A stretch of 64,000 bases of DNA, taken from the NCBI GenBank assembly GCA_023453025.1, contig JAEXUD010000058.1:907-64906 (forward strand). The letters run 5' to 3'. Position numbers and translations under genes: made by a program. The stretch is from Bacillota bacterium. GTDB taxonomy: Bacteria; Bacillota; Clostridia; Tissierellales; Sedimentibacteraceae. How positions within the stretch are numbered: the first letter of the stretch is position 1; each line of letters begins with the position of its first letter. The notes under the pieces were generated by a model that was not told the DNA's origin, made no database searches, and saw only the letters and a program-made list of their open reading frames with translations. Below, piece by piece: positions 40,501-47,120 of the stretch.

Positions 40501-41859
40501 ATCTTCATCATTCAAAGCGTGTCCGAAAACAGAATTACCTGCTGATTGCAGAGTAAATACAAACCCTCCTTCTCCCTTTGTAAAGTCGGGATGCGGATTG
40601 CGGTACGAAAAAGCTGCACTGAAGGATAAGTCTTCTTTTAAACGAATTTTATTTTTGGTAAAAATGCTTCCTCCTGTAGTCGGCTCTGCTGCCCTGTCAT
40701 TGTTAAACTGTAAAGCTGTGATCTCATTATTGTCTCTGTCGGTTGTTACAACAGTTCCGGAAACACCGTTGAATTTAAGACGAGTTATATCGATAAAATT
40801 ATCATAGCTTATTGCAAGCGGAAATTCCTCAACGGCGGTAACCACAAGGTTAAATGTCTTTGTATCGTAAGCTTCGCCATAAGATATGACGGCTGTGAGT
40901 GTCACTGCTTGATTTCCCTCATTTATTTCAGGTCTGCTGATATTTCCGTCTGTTGCAATAATGTTTGGATTTGAAGATTCCCATGCTATGTCGCAGCCTC
41001 CGTAGTATCCTGACGGTGACCAACGGCGTTGAGTTTGTACTGGAAGTGAAAGTCTTGTCTTAACGTTATCCTGACTATTGCCGTTCGATATTTTTTCATA
41101 TGTAAGCCAATCCTTATCTATAGCAACATTATCATCATCAGTGGGTGCCTGAGCAACCACCTCCAGTTCAAATGTTTTCTGCTTTGATACAGTTCCGCTG
41201 GATATAATGGCTGTAAGTGTTACCGGAGCATTGCCCGTGGCAAAGGAAAAAGGAGGCTGTGTAACAGTTCCGTCTGTTCTAATCCATCTTTCGTCCGATG
41301 ATGCCCAAGTGATAGCGCTCCCGTTTTCACCTGTTGTCGGCATATTTACATCGCTTCTGATATCATTGTAATACACGCCGTAATAAATAACACTCTCGCC
41401 TACAAGCCAATCATAATCGGCCTGTACCGCCTGTTCGTCTGCCGTCGGCTCTGAGGGACTAAGTTCTATAACGAAAGACTTCTCGGCATGTGCCGTGCCT
41501 TTTATCAATGCAGCAGTAATAACAACTGTTTTGTACCCTTCCAAATACGAGGGTTTATGTATCACCCCGTTTACTTCAATAAGTGACACATCAGATGAAG
41601 ACCAAGCTATGGAGCTGCCGTACTCCCCTGCTAAAGGCAGGTTAAGGTTTCCGTTAATATTATAATAAATTACTTCACCGTAGGGTGGCGCACTTTCTTC
41701 ATAGCTGCCTGCTCCAAATACTAAATCTGATGTTAACCAATCTGCATCCATCGCTACAATTACTTCATCGGTATAAATGCCTTCATCTGCAAAGACATAT
41801 TGTACGTTTGTAGTAAATAGCATCATAATCGCCAGAATTAAACTAATGATTCTTTTCAT
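31585..41859 (-). CDS. Giant (3424 aa) SLH-anchored surface protein: Ig-like repeats, L-type lectin-like, invasin-like Ig, Big_5, PKD, CARDB-like, 3x SLH
   Basis: Signal peptide (VFA-D); 8 LPxxGxNGSxIxWxS repeats; ITWDFGDG PKD; C-terminal SLH motifs (ITRQEM, TTRAEMA). Confidence 0.88.
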   Translation of the reverse strand: MKRIISLILAIMMLFTTNVQYVFADEGIYTDEVIVAMDADWLTSDLVFGAGSYEESAPPYGEVIYYNINGNLNLPLAGEYGSSIAWSSSDVSLIEVNGVIHKPSYLEGYKTVVITAALIKGTAHAEKSFVIELSPSEPTADEQAVQADYDWLVGESVIYYGVYYNDIRSDVNMPTTGENGSAITWASSDERWIRTDGTVTQPPFSFATGNAPVTLTAIISSGTVSKQKTFELEVVAQAPTDDDNVAIDKDWLTYEKISNGNSQDNVKTRLSLPVQTQRRWSPSGYYGGCDIAWESSNPNIIATDGNISRPEINEGNQAVTLTAVISYGEAYDTKTFNLVVTAVEEFPLAISYDNFIDITRLKFNGVSGTVVTTDRDNNEITALQFNNDRAAEPTTGGSIFTKNKIRLKEDLSFSAAFSYRNPHPDFTKGEGGFVFTLQSAGNSVFGHALNDEDIKPSINIAFLTDYYSGSGSGQGAIYGYSENAAVYYNGDYEHRTTQILTSDYTNDPCTYNNVWIEYDGASKVLEVRFSTDGLRPVNSNLRIENLELDQILTDAGDGLDTEDVREVYVGFMGSMGNAKDKTEIGNLYFKNDSTPIDFEPYNFIDASNVIVIANPPAGQAASTISAAVRSLDGNPVANFPVYFSTNFGMLDATYRVTDASGIAAVELYSGISGTAQVKAYTAGGAMGIAEVQLSANDSDRLLFDFAWLTADRIKGDNEALNKVTKDLNLPAAALNGSTISWESDASDYLNTDGTVTRPSIEQGDQDVTLTATISIGGDSMQKQFYITVKVRDEDLAAADRDWLTDEVILNGNDSLDNVTSDLILPNVGENGSAISWASDKAGIVASDGSVNRPSFTQGNQPVKLTAAISMGEVTLSKVFNINVTALAASDSQTAYADYEWLTADVIRSDNASLNEVVSSLNLPSAGLNGSVITWESSNEAVVGVDGTVNRPTYSEGSQYITLTATITKGTIEHDKIFTVFVYPQATDAEALALDVQWLDYNRVLGGNHINNVINNLNFPSLGQYGSSIRYESSNEAYIMTDGTVNRPTFTEGDKTVTIKAYITKGSETVEKSFLFSVKKLEQTDAEAVAADKIWLRVSRTLGGNLSQYSITEDLSLPASGPNGSLITWTSGMPSVISESGEITVPEYSEGHKNVTLTAAFEKGSAADTKDYNYTVLSKPDTFVPVVMTTSPQNNSTDVLWNTREIIITFDEDVKASASAGSLGDYGIEINGIQVPDFSVSIFKNKLTVNLMDYLKAGTEYELIVPSDTIRDMSDNHLDEELNIEFSVEQKPERNIEVISSLPNDKEKEVAADLGQISFKYSYSDISKGAGFEGISLFDISDNKINTTKSIADDTVTLTLGTGTKLKSGSVYEVKIPAGAVTDRFENSSAGKTIKFRTKSSSILPTVVGHYPVNGQTDVDIYQPIEINFSESVNVKDLNLVLSDNTGNIVNTELRAINEAKTVLMEVKYYYSLKPNTQYTVRGSYDSLYGSSDLGFEMSFTTGAGTLNIINALKLSAGDFPINTPIEIPYSASLSEGTDFDNIEVLDSGSNPVEFNTSVVGNKIVLTPASPLNTSETYELCIPKGAVKNQAGIENDAVKFFPSTAQRLSYGSYSFYMPSTWVTEKVLSFNARWLGEISRPLKSITWDFGDGKKGSGLYPVNVYWHAGNYKVTLTLVDNRDIAYVFEQTITINDLSLNDLQVSVYPNDSSCLTVYEENNQYGLKNIENYSITLYSPSIGYISDETVNVSLYKNGNLVKELGTVKTIYNGEAMFSFNYGNKGYFGSYELLFKHEGTNKTVRVPVYISEATKKQSMVIQLYDIDEGGMLDYPQDLYFDLNGVKTLAKYEKIDGWADGCYVIKGLETGTSYSLKLTSSEDVPYLSDKGEAYHEGSDYAVYLAVRVKQPGINYIKSDLTDTRTGYKLNSMFINNISIPDLSFEIDGNWDELTPGYYELKSSMGSISMKSEKPVFELQPGLQMQAGEELFGRMVSKSGASSPWQNANVIVAPYPSLKDLPRLNISYTNGKYVIDSPISISSLTGGKVDILDGVPLMDSVKSFGLGGTTNRFEGSIEDGLLKLVYKYGSGHGMSTKKSKMLTTGYDVEAEIDFYGTFYYSRYDKEWKFGIYRYCLIGSGQYYWKRPYTIPKIDIGGWGKVAMGSNIYGLLYIYDDDRDFEGILEFDPYVYVEIGAGIEKVLSVEGYVEGHVPAEFHIPTGYIEVNPYIAAGIDVYYIYDSSEVYYRKIAGTHWDNGKQKVRLLSGLPGNEFNEENDDIQFAPTSRNYLERGSEWLAGRSNKKSSRLMTFKSASAQEAASSHTETMTENIYPRAEVQQINSGNERWLVWTDDNPARDDNNRTQLKYSVYRDGSWEEPEWFGQDATADFAPTAAGMGDGVLIAWQNIKNVMTEENKKTAFVKDSEISVTNSIFKADGEEQDIITLTDDDKFDHSPVIASDDDNAILVWTKSQGLSFTYGEDMDDLKAPANSDSIYFSVWDGDSWSNPEEIENSMPAVIDSTLAMHNGQGLLLYTLDMDNDLLTQHDSEVYYRIYDENRWGEAVRLSDNNVYDSSPKAANVNGEWFITWKQDGSLVYKTALSEEAKSDEFLSQVPDDYKLAVMEGDSPQLAVVYTNTSSDNTKTMCASYYDINKDIWSNIITVGENTGYIRSFSPVFTQDNILNVVYTKAELINKVVEDVSFMSPSDKVDLMLLSYTPKHDLAVDEEYGLQLSPSIPVKGAVTAVSAVIKNAGDFAENATLYLYDGDPADGNLIAAAETDKAIAANSAAELELEWLVGPEERSEYELYAVVSTDEDVHEANEANNTVSLKIAASDIAVTNVDSENIARNDYIVKATVKNTGSTVLEDAAVKVVHEESGQIIESIEIDEIIPGQEMTLSFLFSSQDLAAGEDGSINMYVQATLGHAEKEYSTDNNICHFTLEKAAVTVDTVDPSPNETQISIEKPITISFNVDVEKGEQFDGIELYDEDLNEIAVDKTLAGKALTITPQEALSNSTAYNLYVPVDAVTGVYGHTMNEDYSLNFATTSSSPEIIFAYPGEGMTDIALNSELKVKFNQAVEAGPSFDGIAVYALESKVDSISAQLDGEWLYVKLPSRFRENTAYTLSIPALAVQNSNAEMLGEDYTLSFETLNTEENDDDDEDTSNSPLQNYKLSKSENGSLIIDIDERAMLSAPFRISIPYTPSAKELLSPESIIIKSVDSNGNTAVVMDGHYDLKTKALTFTVLSSGRYIVEFNNVNFNDVSPDSWYKRAVGFIAARGITTGTGNNNYSPDARLKRSDFLVLLMRAYNIAPDANPADNFADGGNTYYTNYLAAAKRLGITEGVGSNMFAPEREITRQEMFTLLYNALKVIDSMPEKISGKTLSGFADENLVASWAREAMSLLVETGTISGNAGRLSPASTTTRAEMAQVLYNLLSK

Positions 41860-41961
41860 AAATTAAACCTCTCCTCTTAATGATGTATGTCGTCAACCTT
41901 TATGGTATTTATATTTAAAAAAATCACGGGCAAAAGTTTCAGACCGCAGTCTGTATAGCTT

Positions 41962-41990
41962 ATTATAGCTTCTATTTTATTCCATGTCAA
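41962..41990 (-). promoter_or_regulatory. Consensus SigA promoter of the giant surface protein
   Basis: TTGACA-N17-TATAAT on the minus strand. Confidence 0.85.
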
Positions 41991-42056
41991 TGATAGAATC
42001 ATCTGTGTTAAGGGAGTGTTCGAAGTATTCCGGAAACGGGCCTTAGAATGACTGGC

Positions 42057-42082
42057 ACGTATTTTAAATACCAACATACTAT
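42057..42082 (+). promoter_or_regulatory. SigK/SigE-like promoter of ytaF
   Basis: AC-N16-CATACTAT. Confidence 0.55.
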
Positions 42083-42116
42083 GATATGGATATTAATTTA
42101 CTTGGAGGTTTTAAAA

Positions 42117-42788
42117 ATGGTTATTGAATTGCTTTCATTGCTGGTGCTAGGATTCGCTGTCAGTATAGACAGCTTTGGAGTAGGTTTTACATATGGACTG
42201 AGGCGTATAACGGTTCCCTTAAAATCTCTTGTAGTAATTATGCTTTGCACCGGCTTAATGCTTTTCGTATCTATGAAGTTAGGTGAGCTTATGACTATGT
42301 TTATTTCTCCTTCTTTTTCTAAAATATTAGGTGCAGGCATTTTATTAGTTCTTGGATTTTTGTCTTTATATGATGTTCATAGAAATAAAAACGTCAAGAA
42401 TATAAGTAATAAAAGGCAAAGCCATAAAAAAGAAGCGTTCAAGATTGTTAAACTATGGTGTATAAAATTCGGCAATATAGCTATTGCAATTCAGGTTTTA
42501 AAAAAACCGGAAATAGCTGATATGGATAATTCCGGTTACATATCAATTAATGAGGCAGTGATTCTGGGTTTAGCTCTTGCCCTTGATGCCTTCGGAGCAG
42601 GAATAGGCGCCGCACTTGTTGGATATTCAACAAAATTAACTGTGATTATTATTTCAATTATGAGTTGTTTATTTGTCCACCTTGGAATCAAGTGCGGCTT
42701 TGTATTAGCTAAAATCAAAAGAATTGATAAATTATCGTATTTTCCCGGATTCATCCTTATTTTGCTGGGTTTAATAAAAGTTATTTAA
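42117..42788 (+). CDS. ytaF: Sporulation membrane protein YtaF (MntP-like)
   Basis: AVSIDSFGVGFTYG, PEIADMDNSGYISINEA, LALDAFGAG; ATG after GGAGG. Confidence 0.9.
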   Translation: MVIELLSLLVLGFAVSIDSFGVGFTYGLRRITVPLKSLVVIMLCTGLMLFVSMKLGELMTMFISPSFSKILGAGILLVLGFLSLYDVHRNKNVKNISNKRQSHKKEAFKIVKLWCIKFGNIAIAIQVLKKPEIADMDNSGYISINEAVILGLALALDAFGAGIGAALVGYSTKLTVIIISIMSCLFVHLGIKCGFVLAKIKRIDKLSYFPGFILILLGLIKVI

Positions 42789-42802
42789 TGCATTCACATT
42801 CC

Positions 42803-42878
42803 GGGGACGGATCTTACAGTGAACCTCACAAAACCAAAACCCGTTGGCTAGGTCATACTCACTTTAAGATTCGTCCCC
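42803..42878. repeat. REP-like 20-bp inverted repeat pair
   Basis: GGGGACGGATCTTACAGTGA ... TCACTTTAAGATTCGTCCCC (18/20 complementary). Confidence 0.7.
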
Positions 42879-42893
42879 ACTGTTTAGATCGCT

Positions 42894-42919
42894 ATAATCA
42901 TTTTTAAAATTCATATCCT
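42894..42919 (+). promoter_or_regulatory. SigE-like promoter of the sleC-like gene
   Basis: ATA-N15-CATATCCT. Confidence 0.4.
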
Positions 42920-42998
42920 AATATTATAAGCAATAAACTTTTAACTCAGCTTAAAGTGAACTTCTAAGTCCAAAAAAGAATTTGACGGAGGTAAACAG

Positions 42999-44429
42999 AT
43001 GAGTCTGTTTAAAGAGCCTGAAAAAAACAATAATATAAGAGCACTTCAACAGTTTTTTCCCATAAAACCTGTTGTTATTGTTCCGTCATATATTACTGTT
43101 CATTTAGGAAATCCTGATGATGAAGCTGAAAACGTAACCGTTCCTTTTATAGATTACATTAAAAATGTCGCATCAAGTGAGTTATATCCAACATGGCCCG
43201 AGAATGCGCTGAGAGCAAATATACACGCTATAGTTTCTATTGCACTTAACAGAGTATTTACAGAATGGTACAGGTCAAAAGGATATGATTTTGATATTAC
43301 CAACTCTACCCAGTTTGACCAGTCGTATATTCAAAACAGAGGTATCTTTGAACCTATCAGCAATATTACAGATGAAATATTCAACCAGTACATAGTCAGA
43401 GAAGGTCAGGTTCAGCCTTTGTTTGCACAATTTTGTGACGGAAGGACATCTCAGTGTGATGGTTTATATCAGTGGGGATCTGTGGATCTGGCTGAAAGTG
43501 GTTATACTCCGCTTGAAATCTTGAGATATTATTATGGAGATGATATAGACATAGTTACAGATGCACCTGTAGGAAGTGTTGAACCCACATACCCCGGGAA
43601 ACCGCTTAAGTTAGGAGATTCAAGTTTAGATGTTTTAAGAATGCAGCTTTTTCTGAACCGAATAAGAGCAAATTATCCTGCAATTCCTGAAATTTTTCCG
43701 TTAGACGGATATTACAACGAAAATACGGAAGCCGCCGTCAGAGCATTCCAGAAAGCATTTAATTTTCCTGAAACCGGAATCATTGACCGGGCAACCTGGT
43801 ATGGAATAAACTATATTTACGGAGCTGTTACAAAACTGTCAGAATTAACTTCTGAAGGCATATTGCTGAGTCAATTGGAAGATATAAGCTCTAAAGTATA
43901 TCTTGAAGGTGATGTCCGTCCCGGAGTTGAAATCATACAATATGGCTTAGATGTGCTAAGCTTGTATTACCCAACCATACCTGAAGTTGCAATAACTGGA
44001 ATATTTGACTCACAAACAAGAAATGCCATTATTGAATTTCAAAAAGTAATGGATTTGCCGGTCACCGGAAATATAACCTTTGAAACATATCAGATTCTAT
44101 ACGACAATGTATTCGGAATACTTGATACTCTTCCCCCTGAAGCAATATACCTGCCTTACCTGAGATGGACCGGCATAACATATGATTTAGGCCATGAATC
44201 TCCGGTTGTATATCTTTTACAGGAAATGCTTTCATATATTTCTCTCATAATAACTGCTATACCGTCAGTCAAACCCAGCGGTATATATAATGAAGCTACA
44301 GTAAAGGCTGTACGGGCACTTCAAAATATGGAAGGTATTGAACCAACCGGAGCTGTAGATGAGGAGACATGGTACAAAATTATCGAACTTTATAGACGTC
44401 AGAGATTCGGAGGTATTATACAAAATTAA
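42999..44429 (+). CDS. sleC: SleC-like spore cortex-lytic enzyme with C-terminal peptidoglycan-binding repeats
   Basis: ITVHLG.PD, FIDYIKNVASSELYPTWP, RVFTEWYRSKGYDFDIT; three PG-binding-1-like repeats. Confidence 0.75.
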   Translation: MSLFKEPEKNNNIRALQQFFPIKPVVIVPSYITVHLGNPDDEAENVTVPFIDYIKNVASSELYPTWPENALRANIHAIVSIALNRVFTEWYRSKGYDFDITNSTQFDQSYIQNRGIFEPISNITDEIFNQYIVREGQVQPLFAQFCDGRTSQCDGLYQWGSVDLAESGYTPLEILRYYYGDDIDIVTDAPVGSVEPTYPGKPLKLGDSSLDVLRMQLFLNRIRANYPAIPEIFPLDGYYNENTEAAVRAFQKAFNFPETGIIDRATWYGINYIYGAVTKLSELTSEGILLSQLEDISSKVYLEGDVRPGVEIIQYGLDVLSLYYPTIPEVAITGIFDSQTRNAIIEFQKVMDLPVTGNITFETYQILYDNVFGILDTLPPEAIYLPYLRWTGITYDLGHESPVVYLLQEMLSYISLIITAIPSVKPSGIYNEATVKAVRALQNMEGIEPTGAVDEETWYKIIELYRRQRFGGIIQN

Positions 44430-44460
44430 ATAAGGAACGATTTCTTTTATATACTTTACG

Positions 44461-44630
44461 TTAACTCCCCCATCTCTGCAATAGCCTTGTTAAGTATCTC
44501 TTCTTTTCTTGCTTTCAACAAAAATTTATAGAATTCTTTTTCCTCTTCAGATATCAAATCTATTTCGTCAATTTATATCATTGATTTTATTCAAATATAT
44601 ACGATTTGTTATATATTTTCCTTAAAACAA
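44461..44630 (-). pseudogene. Frameshifted C-terminal remnant of a HipA-like/CtkA-family gene
   Basis: Reconstructed ITNRIYLNKINDI/IDEIDLISEEEKEFYKFLLKARKEEILNKAIAEMGS*; no valid start. Confidence 0.45.
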
Positions 44631-44674
44631 TAATTGTAAGAGCAGCCCTGTCAGAATAACCGCAGTTTTTCTTG

Positions 44675-44703
44675 TTGACAATGGTTTGTAACTGTGCTAG
44701 TAT
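44675..44703 (+). promoter_or_regulatory. SigA promoter of the thiamine operon
   Basis: TTGACA-N17-TAGTAT with TG extension. Confidence 0.75.
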
Positions 44704-44704
44704 C

Positions 44705-44820
44705 TTTTTTAGGGGAGCTTAAATAATTAGGCTGAGATAGAACTACTCTAATGTTCAAAACCCTGAAACAGTAAACACTGTTTTGCACCTGATCCGGATA
44801 ATGCTGGCGTAGGGAATGTA
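44705..44820 (+). ncRNA. TPP (THI-box) riboswitch
   Basis: GGGGAGC..GGCTGAGA..ACCC..ACCTGATCCGGATAATGCTGGCGTAGGGAA, upstream of thiamine transport genes. Confidence 0.95.
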
Positions 44821-44859
44821 CATAGCGTAAGGCTTTTCAAGCTTATAAGGTTTGCTACA

Positions 44860-44890
44860 TACCTCTCCGTTAGCCGGAGAGGTTTTTATT
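44860..44890 (+). terminator. Riboswitch expression-platform terminator
   Basis: ACCTCTCCG-ttagc-CGGAGAGGT followed by TTTTATT. Confidence 0.9.
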
Positions 44891-44916
44891 ATATAAAAAT
44901 ATAGAGGAGGTTTATT

Positions 44917-45213
44917 ATGAACGCAAATGTTGCTATTCAAGTTTTACCACATGTGGAATCAGATGAAGAGGTTATCCGTATTGTTGACGAAGTGATTGCA
45001 TATATTAAAGGCACCGGATTAAATTATTTTGTAGGTCCCAGCGAAACATCAATCGAGGGTGATTATGACCAATTGATGGAAATAGTTAAAAACTGCCAGT
45101 TAGTTGCAATTAAAGCCGGAGCACCAAAGGTATCTGCTTATGTTAAAATAGGATTTGTTCCGGATGGTGGTGTATTGACAATTGACAAAAAAGTTACAAA
45201 GCATCATCAATAG
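44917..45213 (+). CDS. Thiamine-binding protein (MTH1187/YqgV family)
   Basis: AIQVLP, VDEVIAYIKGTGLNYFVGPSETSIEG; first gene after the TPP riboswitch. Confidence 0.88.
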   Translation: MNANVAIQVLPHVESDEEVIRIVDEVIAYIKGTGLNYFVGPSETSIEGDYDQLMEIVKNCQLVAIKAGAPKVSAYVKIGFVPDGGVLTIDKKVTKHHQ

Positions 45214-45961
45214 AGCGTCGCCTGCTTTTGCCATAGCTTTTATATTGATTGTATGGCAGCTGTTATCATCAACTGAAGTTGTTCCAAAATACATGCTGCC
45301 GTCTCCCATTGATGTTGTATTGGCATTTGTCAATGATTTTTCGCTGCTGATGGAGCATGCTGAAACAACGTTAATTGAAGCATTTCTGGGTCTGACTATA
45401 GGGACTGTATTGGGCTTTGTAATTGCTGTGTTGATGGAAAGATTTCATTTGTTCCAAAAATCCATATATCCCATAATAGTTATTACACAAACAATACCGA
45501 CAGTTGCAATAGCACCGCTTTTGGTTCTTTGGCTGGGCTATGGCATATTGCCCAAAATAACACTGATTGTTATTATAACCTTTTTCCCTATAACGGTAAG
45601 CTTACTGGAGGGCTTCCAGTCTGCCGATCCTGATGCCTTAAATTTGCTAAAGGCAATGGGAGCAACCAGGTTTCAATCTTTTGTACATATTAAGCTTCCC
45701 AGCTCACTAAATCAATTTTTTTCAGGATTGAAAATATCCGTATCTTATTCGGTAGTGGGTGCGGTGGTATCGGAATGGCTGGGTGGTTTCACCGGGCTGG
45801 GTGTATATATGACAAGAGTAAGAAAATCATATTCATTTGATAAAATGTTTGCGGTGATTTTTTTCATATCATTGATAAGTCTTATTTTAATGTTTATGGT
45901 ATCATACATTAAAAAGGCTTCTATGCCGTGGGAAAAAACTAAAAAAGAAAAAATTAATTAA
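45182..45961 (+). CDS. thiX: Thiamine/HMP ABC transporter permease (ThiX-like)
   Basis: LPSP, QTIPTVAIAPLLVLWLG, EW.GG..GLG; TPP-regulated. Confidence 0.8.
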   Translation: MTKKLQSIINRASPAFAIAFILIVWQLLSSTEVVPKYMLPSPIDVVLAFVNDFSLLMEHAETTLIEAFLGLTIGTVLGFVIAVLMERFHLFQKSIYPIIVITQTIPTVAIAPLLVLWLGYGILPKITLIVIITFFPITVSLLEGFQSADPDALNLLKAMGATRFQSFVHIKLPSSLNQFFSGLKISVSYSVVGAVVSEWLGGFTGLGVYMTRVRKSYSFDKMFAVIFFISLISLILMFMVSYIKKASMPWEKTKKEKIN

Positions 45962-45980
45962 GATTAAGAAGGAAAATAAA

Positions 45981-46997
45981 ATGAAAAATAAAAAAAGATT
46001 TGTTTTTGGGTTAATATCAATATTGATATTATCAATTGTCGTATTAACATCATGTAGTTCAAATGAACCAAGCAATGAAAATCCACAGGAAAACTTCGAT
46101 AAAATAAGAATAGTTCTGGACTGGACGCCTAATACAAATCACACAGGATTATATGTAGCACATGCCAAAGGTTTTTTCGCCGATCAAGGACTTGAGGCTG
46201 ATATTTTACAGCCGCCTGAAGGCGGTGCCGAAACTTTAGTCGGAGGCGGCAAAGCAGAGTTTGGAATCAGTTTCCAGGATACTCTGGCTCCCAATAATGC
46301 ATCCGAAACTCCAATACCTGTTACAGCAGTTGCTTCAATAATTCAGCATAATACTTCCGGTATTATATCATTAAAAGAAGATGGCATTGATACACCGTCA
46401 AAATTGGCCGGTCACACATATGCTACATGGGATATGCCTATAGAGCAGGCTATTATAAAAAAAATCACCGAAGATGACGGCGGAAAATTCGAAGATATAA
46501 ATATGGTACCAAGCACTGTAACTGACGTAATAACAGCGCTGAAAACCGATATAGACGCAGTCTGGGTATTCTATGCATGGGACGGCATTGCAACCAAGGT
46601 TAATAATTTGGAAACTAATTACTTGAATTTTGCGGATTACGGCACTGAATTGGATTACTACTGCCCGGTTCTGATTGTCAATAACGATTATGCCAAAACA
46701 AATCCTGAACTTGTTAAAAAGGCGTTGACAGCTATTAAACAGGGATATGAATATGCTATAGAGAATCCGGAGGATGCCGCACAAATCTTGTTAAATGAGG
46801 TTCCTGAACTGGACGCAGATATAGTTGTTGAAAGTCAAAAATGGCTGGCTGATCAATATATCGCCGATGCTGAAAAATGGGGATATATCGACCAAGACAG
46901 ATGGGATTCATTTTATGGATGGTTATATGAAAATAACCTGATAGAAAATGAAATTCCTGAGGGTACGGGTTTTACAAACGAATATCTTCCTGAATGA
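45981..46997 (+). CDS. thiY: Thiamine/HMP ABC substrate-binding lipoprotein (NMT1/THI5, ThiY-like)
   Basis: Lipobox LTSC; LDWTPNTNHTGLYVA; FTNEYLP. Confidence 0.85.
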   Translation: MKNKKRFVFGLISILILSIVVLTSCSSNEPSNENPQENFDKIRIVLDWTPNTNHTGLYVAHAKGFFADQGLEADILQPPEGGAETLVGGGKAEFGISFQDTLAPNNASETPIPVTAVASIIQHNTSGIISLKEDGIDTPSKLAGHTYATWDMPIEQAIIKKITEDDGGKFEDINMVPSTVTDVITALKTDIDAVWVFYAWDGIATKVNNLETNYLNFADYGTELDYYCPVLIVNNDYAKTNPELVKKALTAIKQGYEYAIENPEDAAQILLNEVPELDADIVVESQKWLADQYIADAEKWGYIDQDRWDSFYGWLYENNLIENEIPEGTGFTNEYLPE

Positions 46998-47077
46998 GAT
47001 TCTTCGAGCTACGCTCTCAGAATGAGATCGTGCGGTTAGTTCAGAATGACATGATGCAGGTTATTTATAACAATGAC
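46996..47077. repeat. GAGATTCTTCG...CTCAGAATGA(C)A short intergenic repeat with degenerate tandem copies
   Basis: gagattcttcgagctacgctctcagaatgaga, then ttcagaatgaca and acaatgaca. Confidence 0.55.
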
Positions 47078-47120
47078 AAACTAATGCTCCTGCATAATAA
47101 TTTGATATAAGAGGAAAATA

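Noticed and set aside
41877..42077. 66-aa ORF or c-di-GMP riboswitch upstream of the giant gene
   Set aside because: The ORF spans the promoter and has no SD; GGCAAA is on the wrong strand and the rest of the aptamer consensus is absent
44755..44940. 61-aa minus-strand ORF
   Set aside because: Antisense to the TPP riboswitch and its terminator
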